From Candidatus Aminicenantes bacterium (GTDB lineage Bacteria > Acidobacteriota > Aminicenantia > Aminicenantales > Saccharicenantaceae): a stretch of 64,000 nucleotides of DNA. A model generated the notes under the pieces. That model did no database searches, was not told the origin of the DNA, and saw only the letters and a list, made by a program, of their open reading frames with translations. The stretch's first letter is position 1. Each line of letters begins with the position of its first letter. The translations under genes and the position numbers were made by a program. The stretch covers positions 149,655-213,654 of the forward strand of contig CAVULT010000030.1 in the NCBI GenBank assembly GCA_963742235.1. Reading direction: 5' to 3'. Positions 1 through 10,282 of this stretch are shown here, piece after piece.

Positions 1-1
1 C

Positions 2-1339
2 ATCGCGACCATACCCGGCACCGATCCAGCCGCCAAGGAGTTCGTCATCACGGCCCACCTTTGCCATTTCGATCCCGGCGCCGACGACAACGCCAGCGGC
101 GCCGCCTCCATTCTGGAAATCGCACGGGCCCTCCAGGAGCTCATCGCGTCGGGAGAGATCGAACGGCCCCGGAGGACGATTCGTTTCATCTGGATCCCCG
201 AGATGAGCGGGAGCTATGCTTACGCAGCCACCCATCCGGATAAGACCGATCACATGCTCTGCGGCCTGAACCTCGACATGGTCGGTAGTTACCTCAACCG
301 CAACAATGCCGGGTTCGCTTTCCATTGCTCGCCCGACTCCCTGCCCCATTTCATCAACGACGTCGTCGCCAATTTCGCGGACTTTGTCGGAAAGACGAAC
401 ACCGAAGACGATTACTACTCGGCCTACAATTTCGCCAAGCCGATCATCTCGGCCCAGGGAAGCCGCGACAGCTTCCGTTACAAAGTCCTGCCCTTCATGG
501 GAGGAAGCGACCACAAGATCTACAACGACCGCCTGATCAACGTCCCCATGGTCTTCTTCAACGTTTGGCCGGATCCGTATTACGAATCCAACATGGATAC
601 GCCCGACCGTTGCGATCCGACGACCATGAGGCGCGAGGCTGTTGTGGCCGTCGCCTCTGCAGCTTTCGTCGCAGGAGCCGGCGCCCCGGAGGCCCTCGCG
701 CTTGCCTCAGAGGTCTACGCCCGCGGCCTCATACGCATCGGACGGGATATCAAGAAAGCTCTGGAGTACCTTAATACATGGGACAAGCAGAATCTCGCCC
801 TGGCCTATCGGGAGGCCGAGAACGTCGTCCGCTGGGCCTTCGTCAGGGAGAAGTCAGGTATCGAAAGTGTCCTGGCGCTGGCGCCTGGTGACGCGGCGTT
901 GGCGCGATATGTCTCGGACGTAAAGGCCCGGCTCGATTCCCAACGCGGCGGGGCGGTTCAGGACGTTTGGAATCACTATCGGGCGCTCTGTGAGAGGAAC
1001 GGGCTCAAGGCGGAGGGGCCGAAATTGAGCCCCGACGAGCTCGCGGCGCAGAAGCTCGTCCCCGAAAGGGACCCGAAGCTCCGGGGCCCGCTGGGAATCC
1101 GCTATGCTTCGGAGAAGGCGGGGACGAGTCCAATTTCCGGGACCTCCGCCGCCGTTCGTGACGAGCGAGTGATGTATGAGCTATTCAACTTCATCGACGG
1201 GAAGAACTCTGTCCTAGACATCCGGAACGCCGTGAGCGCGGAGTATTCCCCGGTCCCGCTCCAGGACGTCAAGAGGTTCATTGAGGTCCTGGAGAAGGCG
1301 GATATCGTGAGATTCCTGCCGGCGGCCAAGACAAAGTGA
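2..1339 (+). CDS. M28/DUF4910-type aminopeptidase-like protein; the 5' end lies outside the window
   Basis: Frame 2 is open from base 2 (...HLCHFDPGADDNASGAASILEIARAL...IRFIWIPEMSGSY...NLDMVG...GGSDHK). These are metal-ligand style motifs of M28-like aminopeptidases. The C-terminal segment NFIDGKNSVLDIRNAVSAEY recurs in the paralog at 55199-57298. Confidence 0.75.
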   Translation: MATIPGTDPAAKEFVITAHLCHFDPGADDNASGAASILEIARALQELIASGEIERPRRTIRFIWIPEMSGSYAYAATHPDKTDHMLCGLNLDMVGSYLNRNNAGFAFHCSPDSLPHFINDVVANFADFVGKTNTEDDYYSAYNFAKPIISAQGSRDSFRYKVLPFMGGSDHKIYNDRLINVPMVFFNVWPDPYYESNMDTPDRCDPTTMRREAVVAVASAAFVAGAGAPEALALASEVYARGLIRIGRDIKKALEYLNTWDKQNLALAYREAENVVRWAFVREKSGIESVLALAPGDAALARYVSDVKARLDSQRGGAVQDVWNHYRALCERNGLKAEGPKLSPDELAAQKLVPERDPKLRGPLGIRYASEKAGTSPISGTSAAVRDERVMYELFNFIDGKNSVLDIRNAVSAEYSPVPLQDVKRFIEVLEKADIVRFLPAAKTK

Positions 1340-1559
1340 ATACGGACTTCGGGAAAAGAGTCCATCTCTAGCAGCCGGGTGACGGGCCGGCAAGTTTGGC
1401 TTGTCCGGAATCTCTGCATCGCTGGAGATGAACCCCGCGAGAGGGACTTGAGGTAAGCTCCCCTAGTCGCTTAGGAGAGAGCGATCCCAATTGCTCGGGT
1501 TTGGCGGCGGGTGCGATTAGGATCGCTTTCGAAAGATTTCTACTTGAGAAAGGTTCCAG

Positions 1560-3108
1560 CTAGTCTCTGAGCTTGTTTTCGATTCTCGTGAACGGCGTCT
1601 TGATTCGTTCCGCCGCATAGGGACTCGGGGCAATCGTTAGTCCGAACTGGTCATAAGCCATCTCTCCAGTCACCTTCAGGTCGACGACCGCCTGGTAAGC
1701 CAATATCGCTTCGTCCCGCCTGCCCAGGAGGTCCAGTTGGAAGCCCTGCCAGATCAACGCGATGGCCTTGAGGCCTGCGTTCTCTTGTCCCTTCTGAGAG
1801 ACCTCTGCCAGTTTCCTGAAGACGGCCAGGGCGTCTTCATACTTCGCGACGTCGTACAGAGCGAATCCCGCCTTAAGGAGAGCGTCAGGCTGATCGAGCT
1901 CACGCAGTAGATTCGCGGTGTATAGGCCGGCGATCCGCTCGTTGGATTTCCGGCCATAGCCGACGGAGCGCAGAACGTAAGAAAAAGGAGGCTTCCTGCC
2001 GCGACTTCCATCCAGCCAGGTATTGCTTCCAGGCCGAAACCCGTTTGGCCGGTACCGGGGTCAGGCCGGCAAGGAATTCCCTCAAGGCGGGGAAGAATTG
2101 TTCGGGTTCATCCTCGAAGGGGCTATGGGAAGAGTGGGCGAACATCATCAGACGCGAGCCGGGGTGGTTCTTGTGAAGGATCTCTCGCTTGTCGGTATTC
2201 CAGGTCAAGTCCCATTCGCCTTCCATGATCAGCGTCGGGACCGGGAAACCATCGAATGCTCCCTGGAGATCGATCCTGTTCGCGTCCTGGCTCATGACGC
2301 CGTTGAAGTTCGTGTCCTGCTTCCACTCGTAAAGCGCGATCTCGGCGAACCGTTCTGCTGTCGGTTTGAAAAAGTTCTGCCGTTTCCAGTCGCCGTTGAG
2401 AAAGTTGTTATAAACGAGGAGCTCCACAAATTTCTCTTGAGGGATTTTTTTTTCTTTGATAAGAAGGCCGAGCTCGGAGCGGATTTGCCTCCTCTTTGCC
2501 TTCTCTTCGTCAGAGAAAAAATCGAACTGCCGCGTTGGCTTGAGCGGAACATGCATCCCCTCGCTCGCCCCGACCAGGATCAGTCCGGACAGGCTCTCGG
2601 GATATCTCAGGGAATAAGCCTGGGCCAGAAGTCCACCATAGGAGTGACCGACCACGACCCATTTCTCGATCTTCAGCGCTCTCCTCAGGTTCTCAAGATC
2701 CTCCACCGCCTGGCTGACGGTGTAACCGCTGCCTGGGCAGTACCCGGAGATACCGCAGCCGCGTTGGTCATAATAGATGATTCGGGCGAAATCCCTGGCC
2801 CGAGAAAAAAAGGGATGAAAGTAGTGATGCGTGGCGCCGGGCCCGCCGTGGAGAAGCACGATAGGGACACCTTGCCCTTCTTCTTCTACGTACAGCTCAC
2901 AATCTCCCACGTTGATTCTCTGTTTTTTAATGTCAAGCCCGTCGCAGAGGCGGGGGACCTGGGGGACAGTAAGATGGAGATCATTCTCGAGATGCGTGAC
3001 CCTGTCGAGAACGGTCTCCCTCTTCTCCTGCTGCGCGGCTTGCCCTCCGAATCCGTAGGTCAGGCACGAAAAGGCGAAAACAGAAAAGGCGATGATGACA
3101 CGTTTCAT
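1560..3108 (-). pseudogene. Alpha/beta hydrolase (proline-iminopeptidase-like) with a TPR-like tail; apparent +1 frameshift
   Basis: ORF 1900-3108 (GGPGATHHYF, YDQRGCG, GHSYGG nucleophile elbow) is a paralog of 13755-15320. Its homologous C-terminal third continues in another frame that I translated as open from about 2018 down to 1560 (...FSYVLRSVGYG...ALIWQGFQLDLL...FTRIENKLRD). The switch is at the A5 run 1982-1986; deleting one base restores one ORF. Confidence 0.8.
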
Positions 3109-3377
3109 TGTTATCTCCAGTTCAATATTCTATGCCTTTTTCTCAGAGAAAAAAGGGAGGCATCTGGGCTGGGCGCACGGTATCTTCCAAGAAGATCGGT
3201 GACTCCGGAGGAGTCTTCGCTTGGAGCCTCCACGCGATAACTATCCTCGCGTTTCTCGAAAAAAAGGTGTCTTATACATCGGAAGCGGATGATGACGCTA
3301 AGCCTGGCCTTTGTCAATAGCCAATCCTTGGCATTCCTATCCAAGCCAATTATTCGTATGTTTTCGCGGATTGCGTA

Positions 3378-3405
3378 TTGATTTCCTCCCTGGTTTCTTT
3401 AGAAT
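3378..3405 (+). promoter_or_regulatory. Candidate sigma70-type promoter (TTGATT-N16-TAGAAT)
   Basis: TTGATT at 3378-3383 and TAGAAT at 3400-3405. It lies about 30 nt upstream of the ATG at 3435, which has a GGAGG RBS at 3424-3428. The same hexamer pair and spacing occur upstream of dus at 42017-42044. Confidence 0.45.
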
Positions 3406-3434
3406 GACAAGTAACCTTGAAACGGAGGCCGCCC

Positions 3435-4388
3435 ATGAAACTCGAAGCGAGAATCCTCGAAACAATCCTCAAGAAAGTCCTGGCTCTAAAGCCTGAGGAA
3501 TCGTTCCTCGTCATCGCCGATCCACCGAAGTCGGAGCTTGCCGCCCAACTCGCCGACTTTGCCCGCACCATCACTGACCGGGTCCTGTTCGAGGTCATGC
3601 CCGAACTCGAACAGAACGGCCAGGAGCCCGGGCCGGGCGTGGCGGAGCTCATGCTCGAATACGACGTCCAGTTCTATTGGACCTCGAAATCGCTTTCACA
3701 CACGAAGGCCCGGCGGAACGCCATCGCGCGCGGACACCGAGTCATTTCATCGCCGATGCTGACTTTCGACATCGCCAACAGATGCATCGACATCGATTAT
3801 GACGTTCTCATCGAGTTGCACAGGAAGGTGCGTCCGATCGTCGCGAATTCCCATGAAATCCGGATCACAACCACTCTCGGGACTGACATCGTGACGTCCA
3901 TCCACGACACGCACGGCCAGAGCGAGCAGATCCTTAAGCACGCGCCCGGCAGCTTCGGGAACCTGCCCGTGGGCGAGATCGACAGCGGTATCGTTCGCGA
4001 TAAAACGAACGGGGTCATCCTCTTCGATGGTTCTTTTCCCCAAATCGGACTCCTCGAGAGCCCTATCAGAGTTGTTGTCGCGGGCGGGATCGGTCGGATC
4101 GAGCTCGATTCGGAACAGGCTGAAAGACTTCAGGCGATGCTGGCAAAAGTCGGTCCCGACGCCTTCAGGTTGGCGGAGCTGGGCATTGGCACGAATCCCA
4201 ACTGCAAGATCACGGGCGTGGTTCTCGAGGATGAAAAGGTCCTGGGCACCGTCCACTTCGCCTTCGGAAACGACCTGAGCTATTGCGGCACGAACGATGT
4301 GCCCCTTCACCTGGACGGCGTTTTGAAAAAGCCGACGATCGTGGTGGACGGCTTCATCCTCATGAAGGAAGGAAAGTTCTTGGTCTGA
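3435..4388 (+). CDS. M29 (AmpS/aminopeptidase T)-like protein
   Basis: ORF 3417-4388. I prefer the ATG at 3435 because GGAGG lies 6 nt upstream. The C-terminal segment LEDEKVLGTVHFAFGND and the overall layout resemble thermophilic-metalloprotease M29 family members. The assignment is from memory of family motifs only. Confidence 0.55.
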   Translation: MKLEARILETILKKVLALKPEESFLVIADPPKSELAAQLADFARTITDRVLFEVMPELEQNGQEPGPGVAELMLEYDVQFYWTSKSLSHTKARRNAIARGHRVISSPMLTFDIANRCIDIDYDVLIELHRKVRPIVANSHEIRITTTLGTDIVTSIHDTHGQSEQILKHAPGSFGNLPVGEIDSGIVRDKTNGVILFDGSFPQIGLLESPIRVVVAGGIGRIELDSEQAERLQAMLAKVGPDAFRLAELGIGTNPNCKITGVVLEDEKVLGTVHFAFGNDLSYCGTNDVPLHLDGVLKKPTIVVDGFILMKEGKFLV

Positions 4389-4399
4389 TTCTTTACGTT

Positions 4400-5884
4400 T
4401 CAGTGCTCGCCGGGAAAGCCCAGCCTTGTCCAGGTCCCTTCTTGTTTGAGAACCTTATCCAGCTTTCGCTCTTTAAAGTAGTTGATGACCTCCGCCTGGG
4501 AAAGTCGCCTGGAGAGTGGTTCTGGTCGGTTGGCCGCGAAGAAAATGATCGTGGCGACGGCGGCCGCATTCATGTTGAGCTTGTCCGTTTCGATCTTGTC
4601 GACTGTATCGGCATAGGTGTGCCCCCAACTCGAATCGCGCACCCCACGCCCCTGCACGCCCAGGGCAGGGACTCCCCTAGCCACGAAGTTGAAATCATCA
4701 CTATCGTAGGGATAGCGGGCTTCGACCTGGGTAACGCCAAGTCCGGCGAGGGCGGGTAGGACTTCGTGGAGCTCGTCACCGATCGGGCAGGGTCCGTAAG
4801 GATTTATCGCCCCAGGATACATGAGGCCGGTCATGTCCAGATTGACCATCAAGACGACCTTGTCGAGTTCGGATTCGTGCACCTTGGCGTATTGAAAGGA
4901 ACCCAGCAACCCTTCCTCTTCGCCGGTGAACAGGATGATCCTGACGGTCCTTTTCAAAGGGAAGCCCGGCGCGCACAAAACCCGCGCCGTTTCCAGGGCG
5001 ATCGAAACGCCGAGAGCGTTATCCGCGGCTCCTGTGCCGAGAGTCCAACTGTCCAAGTGGGCGCCAAGGATGACCAATTCTTCAGGTTTTTCCTTTCCGG
5101 GAATGTCCGCGATGACGTTCTCCGCCGCGGCGTGCCCCGTCATCTTGTTCTGCGTCAGGAGTCTCAGCTTCATCGTCTTGGCGCCTTCGAGTTGGCGCCT
5201 GATCCACGTTCCATCTTCATAGGCGACCGACATCGCGGGGATAGGACTATATCCCCCAAGGCCCGAAGCCCGCATTCGCGTCAGCCCGCCTCGACTTCCC
5301 GCGATGATGAGACAGGCCGCCGCTCCCTTTTTTGCGGCGAAATCGACTTTCTGCCATTCCTTCGTCGCCTGCGCCGGGTCGGAAGGATCCCGGAGCCCCG
5401 CCAGCACAATCTTCCCCTTGACGAGCGGGCCCGCCTTTTCATAGTCTTCCTCGGTCCCGTGACCCACGTCGATGACATCGGCGACAAGGCCTCCGGGCGG
5501 GGTGTTAATCGCGAAGCCCAGGGTATCGACCCTAAGAACTTTTTGATACGGATTCAGCACTTCGGCAACGGCCTTCCCGGGAAGCCATCCTTCGATCTCG
5601 AAGGACTCGGAATGCACGTTCGCCAATCCGTAGCTTCTCAAAAGGTCGAGACAATAGTCGGCAGCGCGGTGCGCCGCTTCGGAACCGGTCAGGCGCGGGC
5701 CGATCTCATCGGCGAGCACCGTGACGGTCCGAATTCCATTGTTTTTCTCGAAAACCTCCCCCACGATCCTCGCGGCGGCCTTTTCCAGATCGTCCTTCGC
5801 GGCGCCCGGATAAAATGCGGACAACGCGAAGCAAAGAGAGCCGACGGTTAGCACGATAGCGGTCCCCATCTGCTTCATCTTCAA
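4400..5884 (-). CDS. Secreted M28 family peptidase with a PA domain
   Basis: N-terminal signal peptide (MKMKQMGTAIVLTVGSLCFALSA). Motifs LGAHLDSW, GAADNALG, FTGEEEGLLGS and NLDM are typical of M28 Zn-aminopeptidases. Confidence 0.85.
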   Translation of the reverse strand: MKMKQMGTAIVLTVGSLCFALSAFYPGAAKDDLEKAAARIVGEVFEKNNGIRTVTVLADEIGPRLTGSEAAHRAADYCLDLLRSYGLANVHSESFEIEGWLPGKAVAEVLNPYQKVLRVDTLGFAINTPPGGLVADVIDVGHGTEEDYEKAGPLVKGKIVLAGLRDPSDPAQATKEWQKVDFAAKKGAAACLIIAGSRGGLTRMRASGLGGYSPIPAMSVAYEDGTWIRRQLEGAKTMKLRLLTQNKMTGHAAAENVIADIPGKEKPEELVILGAHLDSWTLGTGAADNALGVSIALETARVLCAPGFPLKRTVRIILFTGEEEGLLGSFQYAKVHESELDKVVLMVNLDMTGLMYPGAINPYGPCPIGDELHEVLPALAGLGVTQVEARYPYDSDDFNFVARGVPALGVQGRGVRDSSWGHTYADTVDKIETDKLNMNAAAVATIIFFAANRPEPLSRRLSQAEVINYFKERKLDKVLKQEGTWTRLGFPGEH

Positions 5885-5991
5885 GTTTATCCTCCTTCCG
5901 GAAGTTCTCCAGCGTCCTAGGCTGTCTCTCCGGTCCCGAACTAACCGGCAGACATTACCACGGCCCGCTCTTCCCGGTCAAAGCGGGTAAC

Positions 5992-7446
5992 TTAGAGGTC
6001 GGGGAGCTCAACGACTTTCTTGAGCGGAAGCCTGTCGCGCTCGACCATACGACCGTCCTTCATCACTCGCGAAATCTTCTCGAGATTACCGATGTCATCG
6101 AGGGGATTGGCGTCGAGGATAATAAGGTCCGCTGTCTTCCCTTTCTCGAGTGTCCCGAACCGATCGAGCATATGGTAGGCGCGGGCCACGTTCCGCGTGG
6201 CGCAGAGAAGGATATCCATCGGTCTCATCCCGCGTTCGGCCATGGCCCGACACCAGATGAAGTGGCCCTTTCCCAGTGTGTCGAGCCGGTCCACCTTGAC
6301 CTCGGGAGGCATGTCCGCGACGACCTCGGGCGACCAGATCCCGGCGTCGGTCGTCATCATAATCGGGATCCCGGCCTCCATGAAATGAGTGATGTTCAGT
6401 TTCCGGTTTTCCAGTGAGCTCCGGCCCGCCGGGTTCTGAGCGTACCTCTTCATGGCGGCTTCGTCTTTCCTCTTCGTGTTTGGAAGGATGCCGCAGGTGA
6501 TGTTTCTTTCTTTCAGCCTGGCGATCGTTGATGGTGGAATCGACTCATGTTCCGTGAGATCGGCATGAGTGATGAGATCGACGCCTGCCTCGGCGGCCAT
6601 TCTCAAGCTCTCGACACTGCCGGTATGACATTGAACCGTCAGGTTCGATCCGTGCCCCTCCTCGACGATGGCCCGCTGGGCCGCCTCGGAAAACAGGAGC
6701 ACGGCGTCGTCGCTATGCCCGCTCGAGCCGTACTTGAGAAAGTCGGGGCCGCGCGAGATGTATTTCCGGATTTCCAGGGCGAGTTCGTCCGGCCGGAGCA
6801 AGCCGAGTCCAGGGCCGACGTTCTCTTCCCAAAGATCGTTGATGCGCTTCCTGAATGTTTTGCTCGCCGCCGGGTCGGGATTGAAATCCCGGCCGAGCGG
6901 ACCGCTGAAGCCGATGATCGTGCCCGCGACGAACATCCGGCTGCCGACGGTCTCGCCCCGGTCGATTCTGTCCCTGACACTCATAAGCGGCTGGAGAGGC
7001 CCCCAGGTGTCGAAAGCGGTCGTGATCCCGGCCCTCAGTGCGACTTGAGCCGATTCCTCGACCAGATCCTCGAAGCGGCCTTCGTAACGGGCCAGGTACT
7101 CGACCGAGGTGCCGAACGTGAAATGAACGTTGCCGTCGATGAAGCCCGGAATGATATACTTGCCGGAGGCATCAATCCTGACCGCCTTCGCCGGAACCGA
7201 GAACTGCCCTCTCTTGGCAACGGCAGTAATCTTGCCATCTTCGATCAGTATGACGCCGTCGACGAGCGGAGTCCCGCCTGTCCCGTCGATTATCGTGCCG
7301 CCGACGATGGCCGAAATGCCCGGGCTGGATTTGGATTTCACCCCTGTCTGGCCCGCCGCGGCGCCCACGGCAAAAACGACCATTGCAGCGAACAGAACCC
7401 CCACGGCGATCGCCGTACGACAGCTAAATCTCAACGAGGGGATCAT
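5992..7446 (-). CDS. Secreted metal-dependent amidohydrolase family protein
   Basis: Signal peptide, then the IVGGTIIDGTG...ILIEDGKI...IPGFIDGNVHF beta-sandwich/TIM entry motif of the amidohydrolase superfamily, with a C-terminal GKTADLIILD motif. Confidence 0.8.
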   Translation of the reverse strand: MIPSLRFSCRTAIAVGVLFAAMVVFAVGAAAGQTGVKSKSSPGISAIVGGTIIDGTGGTPLVDGVILIEDGKITAVAKRGQFSVPAKAVRIDASGKYIIPGFIDGNVHFTFGTSVEYLARYEGRFEDLVEESAQVALRAGITTAFDTWGPLQPLMSVRDRIDRGETVGSRMFVAGTIIGFSGPLGRDFNPDPAASKTFRKRINDLWEENVGPGLGLLRPDELALEIRKYISRGPDFLKYGSSGHSDDAVLLFSEAAQRAIVEEGHGSNLTVQCHTGSVESLRMAAEAGVDLITHADLTEHESIPPSTIARLKERNITCGILPNTKRKDEAAMKRYAQNPAGRSSLENRKLNITHFMEAGIPIMMTTDAGIWSPEVVADMPPEVKVDRLDTLGKGHFIWCRAMAERGMRPMDILLCATRNVARAYHMLDRFGTLEKGKTADLIILDANPLDDIGNLEKISRVMKDGRMVERDRLPLKKVVELPDL

Positions 7447-7809
7447 CGGGTTCTCCTCTCAAATCTTCCGGGCCGGAAAAACAAGAACTAACTTCATTTT
7501 GACCATTACGAGACAATGGTTCTTTTTCTGGAGGCTGGAATTCATGAGCGTAAGACGAGGCCGCTTTTCCCGGCAGATCATCGCGCGCGATTTGAAAATA
7601 GCTCGAATTTAGGCAACCGTCAATAGCCAATAGCGGCTATTTCAGGCCGGTCCAATCTCCTGCGCGCACAGGATGCCCTTCTCTAACGGAAAAACTGCCC
7701 GCGGCCTCCCGAAAAGTTGGTCAGGTCGAAAAAATGCGAAATTGGATATTCCCATGGACTTCTTTTTGTGGCACATTGAGCTTGGCAAAGTGATCAGAGG
7801 AGGTTTCGA

Positions 7810-9126
7810 ATGATAAGTTCCCCGAATACGGTTAGTCTCAAAATGATGGGGCGGAGGGATTTCGGGAAGAAACTCGTAGGCGGCTTCGCGCTCGGCAAGA
7901 TCTTTTCGGACGGTCTCAATCGCTCCGTCTACGAGCAGCTGGCCGCCTGGGACAAAAAGAGCCTCGACCAGGAAGCCCCCGACGGAGCCTATTGGGACTT
8001 CGTCACCGACCAGTATATGCTCGAGCCCGGACTCACGATGATGAACAACGGGACGGCTGGAGCCATGCCCCGCGTCGTGTTCAACACGCTGGCCGAGTAC
8101 TTTCAGATCCAGGCCGCCAACCCGTTCAAGTGCTACTCGACTTTTGACGCCTACCGGGAAGAGGCGCGAGTCAGGGCCGCACAGTTCATCGGAGCCCTTC
8201 CTGAGGAAGTCACTCTCCTCAGAAACACCACCGAGGGCCTGAACATCGTCGCTTACGGACTGGACATGCAGCCCGGAGACGAGGTCCTCATGAGCAACTT
8301 GGAGCACCCGTCGGGCATCTTCCCCTGGAAGCTGAGGGAAAAACGGTACGGGATCAAGATCAAGGAGGTCACGATCAACACGCCTCCTCGCAGCAAGGAC
8401 GAAATCCTCACGGCCTTCAGGGACAGCATCACGACGCGGACCAAGGTCATTCTGATCAGCCATGCCGTTTACAAAACCGGGTTGATCGCCCCCCTGAAGG
8501 ACATCTGCAGCCTGGCGAAGGACAAGCACGTCCTGGTCTGCTCGGACGGCGCCCACTGCATCGGGATGCTCAACCTCGACATGCACGACCTGGGAGTCGA
8601 TTTCTACGCGAATAGTGGGTACAAGTGGCTCGGCGCGCCCACGGGCACAGGGATCTTCTACGTCAGGAAGGAGGCCCAGAAAGGCCTTTGGCCGAACATC
8701 GTCGAGGCCGAATGGGAGAATCCTGCCGTCGGCGCCCTCAAGTATAGTCACGTGGGGCGGATCGCCGATCCGCTGCCGATCGCCCTCGGAGAAGCCATCC
8801 ACTTCCAGACGAACATCGGCAAACCCAGGATCGAACGGCGGATCAAGACCCTCGCCGCTTATCTCAAGGAGGAGGCCTCCAAGATCCCCAACGTCCAGGT
8901 GTTGACTCCCATGGATCCCGAATTGAGCGGCGGCCTGACAGTCCTGGGACTCCAAGGCATGAGAAACGACCAGTTCGCCAACTATATGCTCGAAAAATAT
9001 AACCTCGTCATCGCCCGCACCTTCAACGAGCGAAACGCCATACGGGTCTGCACGCACATTTTTATTTCCTACAAACAGATCGATATACTTCTCGAGGGAC
9101 TACGAGCCGTCTATGGGAAAAAATAG
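7810..9126 (+). CDS. Class V aminotransferase / cysteine-desulfurase-like PLP enzyme with a Tat-like leader
   Basis: GGAGG lies 7 nt upstream of the ATG. The leader carries a RRDFGKKLVGG twin-arginine-like motif. NTTEGLN, the HPSG segment and SGYKWLGAPTGTG (PLP-lysine context) are typical of fold-type I class V enzymes. Confidence 0.75.
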   Translation: MISSPNTVSLKMMGRRDFGKKLVGGFALGKIFSDGLNRSVYEQLAAWDKKSLDQEAPDGAYWDFVTDQYMLEPGLTMMNNGTAGAMPRVVFNTLAEYFQIQAANPFKCYSTFDAYREEARVRAAQFIGALPEEVTLLRNTTEGLNIVAYGLDMQPGDEVLMSNLEHPSGIFPWKLREKRYGIKIKEVTINTPPRSKDEILTAFRDSITTRTKVILISHAVYKTGLIAPLKDICSLAKDKHVLVCSDGAHCIGMLNLDMHDLGVDFYANSGYKWLGAPTGTGIFYVRKEAQKGLWPNIVEAEWENPAVGALKYSHVGRIADPLPIALGEAIHFQTNIGKPRIERRIKTLAAYLKEEASKIPNVQVLTPMDPELSGGLTVLGLQGMRNDQFANYMLEKYNLVIARTFNERNAIRVCTHIFISYKQIDILLEGLRAVYGKK

Positions 9127-9165
9127 GATTCGGGGTTCTTGAAGCAGGGTAGAAAGGAGGTTGAT

Positions 9166-9666
9166 ATGCGCCGTTTTGCGAAGGGTGGTTTCATCGTTCT
9201 GGTCATCCTCGGAGCATCCCTGGTCCCTTTCGGTCACGGCAGACAGGTTCCCCAGGCGGCCGGGGACCTCGCTAGCAAAGAAATCATCTCATTGCCTGGG
9301 GCAAAGTCGACCGGGCTGCCGTTCAGTTCGGCCGTAAAAGTCGGGAACATGATGTTTGTCTCGGGAGTCGTGGGGACCGACGTGAAGACGAACACCCTCG
9401 TTTCCGATGACGTGGCCGACCAGACCCGGGTCTGCCTCGAAAAGCTGAAGTCCGTCGTCGCCAAGGGAGGCATGGATCTCTCCGACGCCGTAAATTGCAC
9501 GGTGTATTTGTCCGATATCAATGACTACGACGCTATGAATAAAGTCTACGGAACCTATTTCCCGGCAGATCCTCCGGCGCGTGCCTGCGTCCAGGTCGCC
9601 AAGCTCGTCCGTGGAGCAAAGGTGGAGATCTCTCTTATCGCGACGAAAGCCAACTCGAAAAGATGA
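9166..9666 (+). CDS. ridA: RidA/YjgF/L-PSP family protein with a signal peptide
   Basis: AAGGAGG RBS at 9154-9160, then the ATG at 9166. Family motifs FVSGVVG, YLSDINDYDAMNKVYGTYF and PARACVQVAKL are present. Confidence 0.8.
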   Translation: MRRFAKGGFIVLVILGASLVPFGHGRQVPQAAGDLASKEIISLPGAKSTGLPFSSAVKVGNMMFVSGVVGTDVKTNTLVSDDVADQTRVCLEKLKSVVAKGGMDLSDAVNCTVYLSDINDYDAMNKVYGTYFPADPPARACVQVAKLVRGAKVEISLIATKANSKR

Positions 9667-9750
9667 CCCTTGAGAAAGCTTGCGGCCAGCTCCGATGCCA
9701 CTGACCGGTCCGGCGGCCCGACGACCGCGTTTCTCAACGGAGTAAGAACG

Positions 9751-10194
9751 ATGACCAAAATCGGCATTATCATCTGTGGCCGCTACGAGAGCTGCGGCGG
9801 CGGGAAGTGCTTCCGGGCACTCCGCGAGCGCGCCGGCGCCTTCGCCGCTTATCCCAAGGAGGAGCCTATCGAGCTCGTCGGCTATTCGACCTGTGGCGGC
9901 TGTCCGGGCGGGAACGTCGAATACGTCCCAGAGGAAATGATCAAGAACGGCGCCCAGGTCATTCACTTGGCCACGTGCCTCGTCGTCGGCTACCCCCCAT
10001 GCCCCCGGATCCGGGAGTTTAGGGAATTCATCGAGGCCCGCTACGGTGTTCCGGTCATCGTGGGCACCCATCCGATTCCTCTGAAATACATGAAGGTCCA
10101 CGAGCAGCTGGACTTTTGGAAGAAGATGGGGATGGAGGGGATTGCCGGGGCCCTGATGAAGGAAGACGCGAAGACCAAGGAAGCCTACGACTGA
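9751..10194 (+). CDS. CGGC-domain protein
   Basis: ATG at 9751 with GGAG 8 nt upstream. The translation reads MTKIGIIICGRYESCGGGKCF...YSTCGGCPGG...ATCLVVGYPPCP. These cysteine clusters are characteristic of CGGC-domain proteins. Confidence 0.65.
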   Translation: MTKIGIIICGRYESCGGGKCFRALRERAGAFAAYPKEEPIELVGYSTCGGCPGGNVEYVPEEMIKNGAQVIHLATCLVVGYPPCPRIREFREFIEARYGVPVIVGTHPIPLKYMKVHEQLDFWKKMGMEGIAGALMKEDAKTKEAYD

Positions 10195-10282
10195 CGGCTC
10201 TGGATAACGGCAATAGAAGTACGGCGGCAGACGGCATAATGCGGTGTTCGTCGTCCCAAAAAGCCCGCCTCGGGAGGTTGAA

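Noticed and set aside
3327-3345. Reading the sequence downstream of the 13-mer motif (TTGGCATTCCTATCCA and equivalents) as sigma-54 -24/-12 promoters
   Set aside because: The GG is present, but the -12 TGC element is absent or mis-spaced in all three copies.
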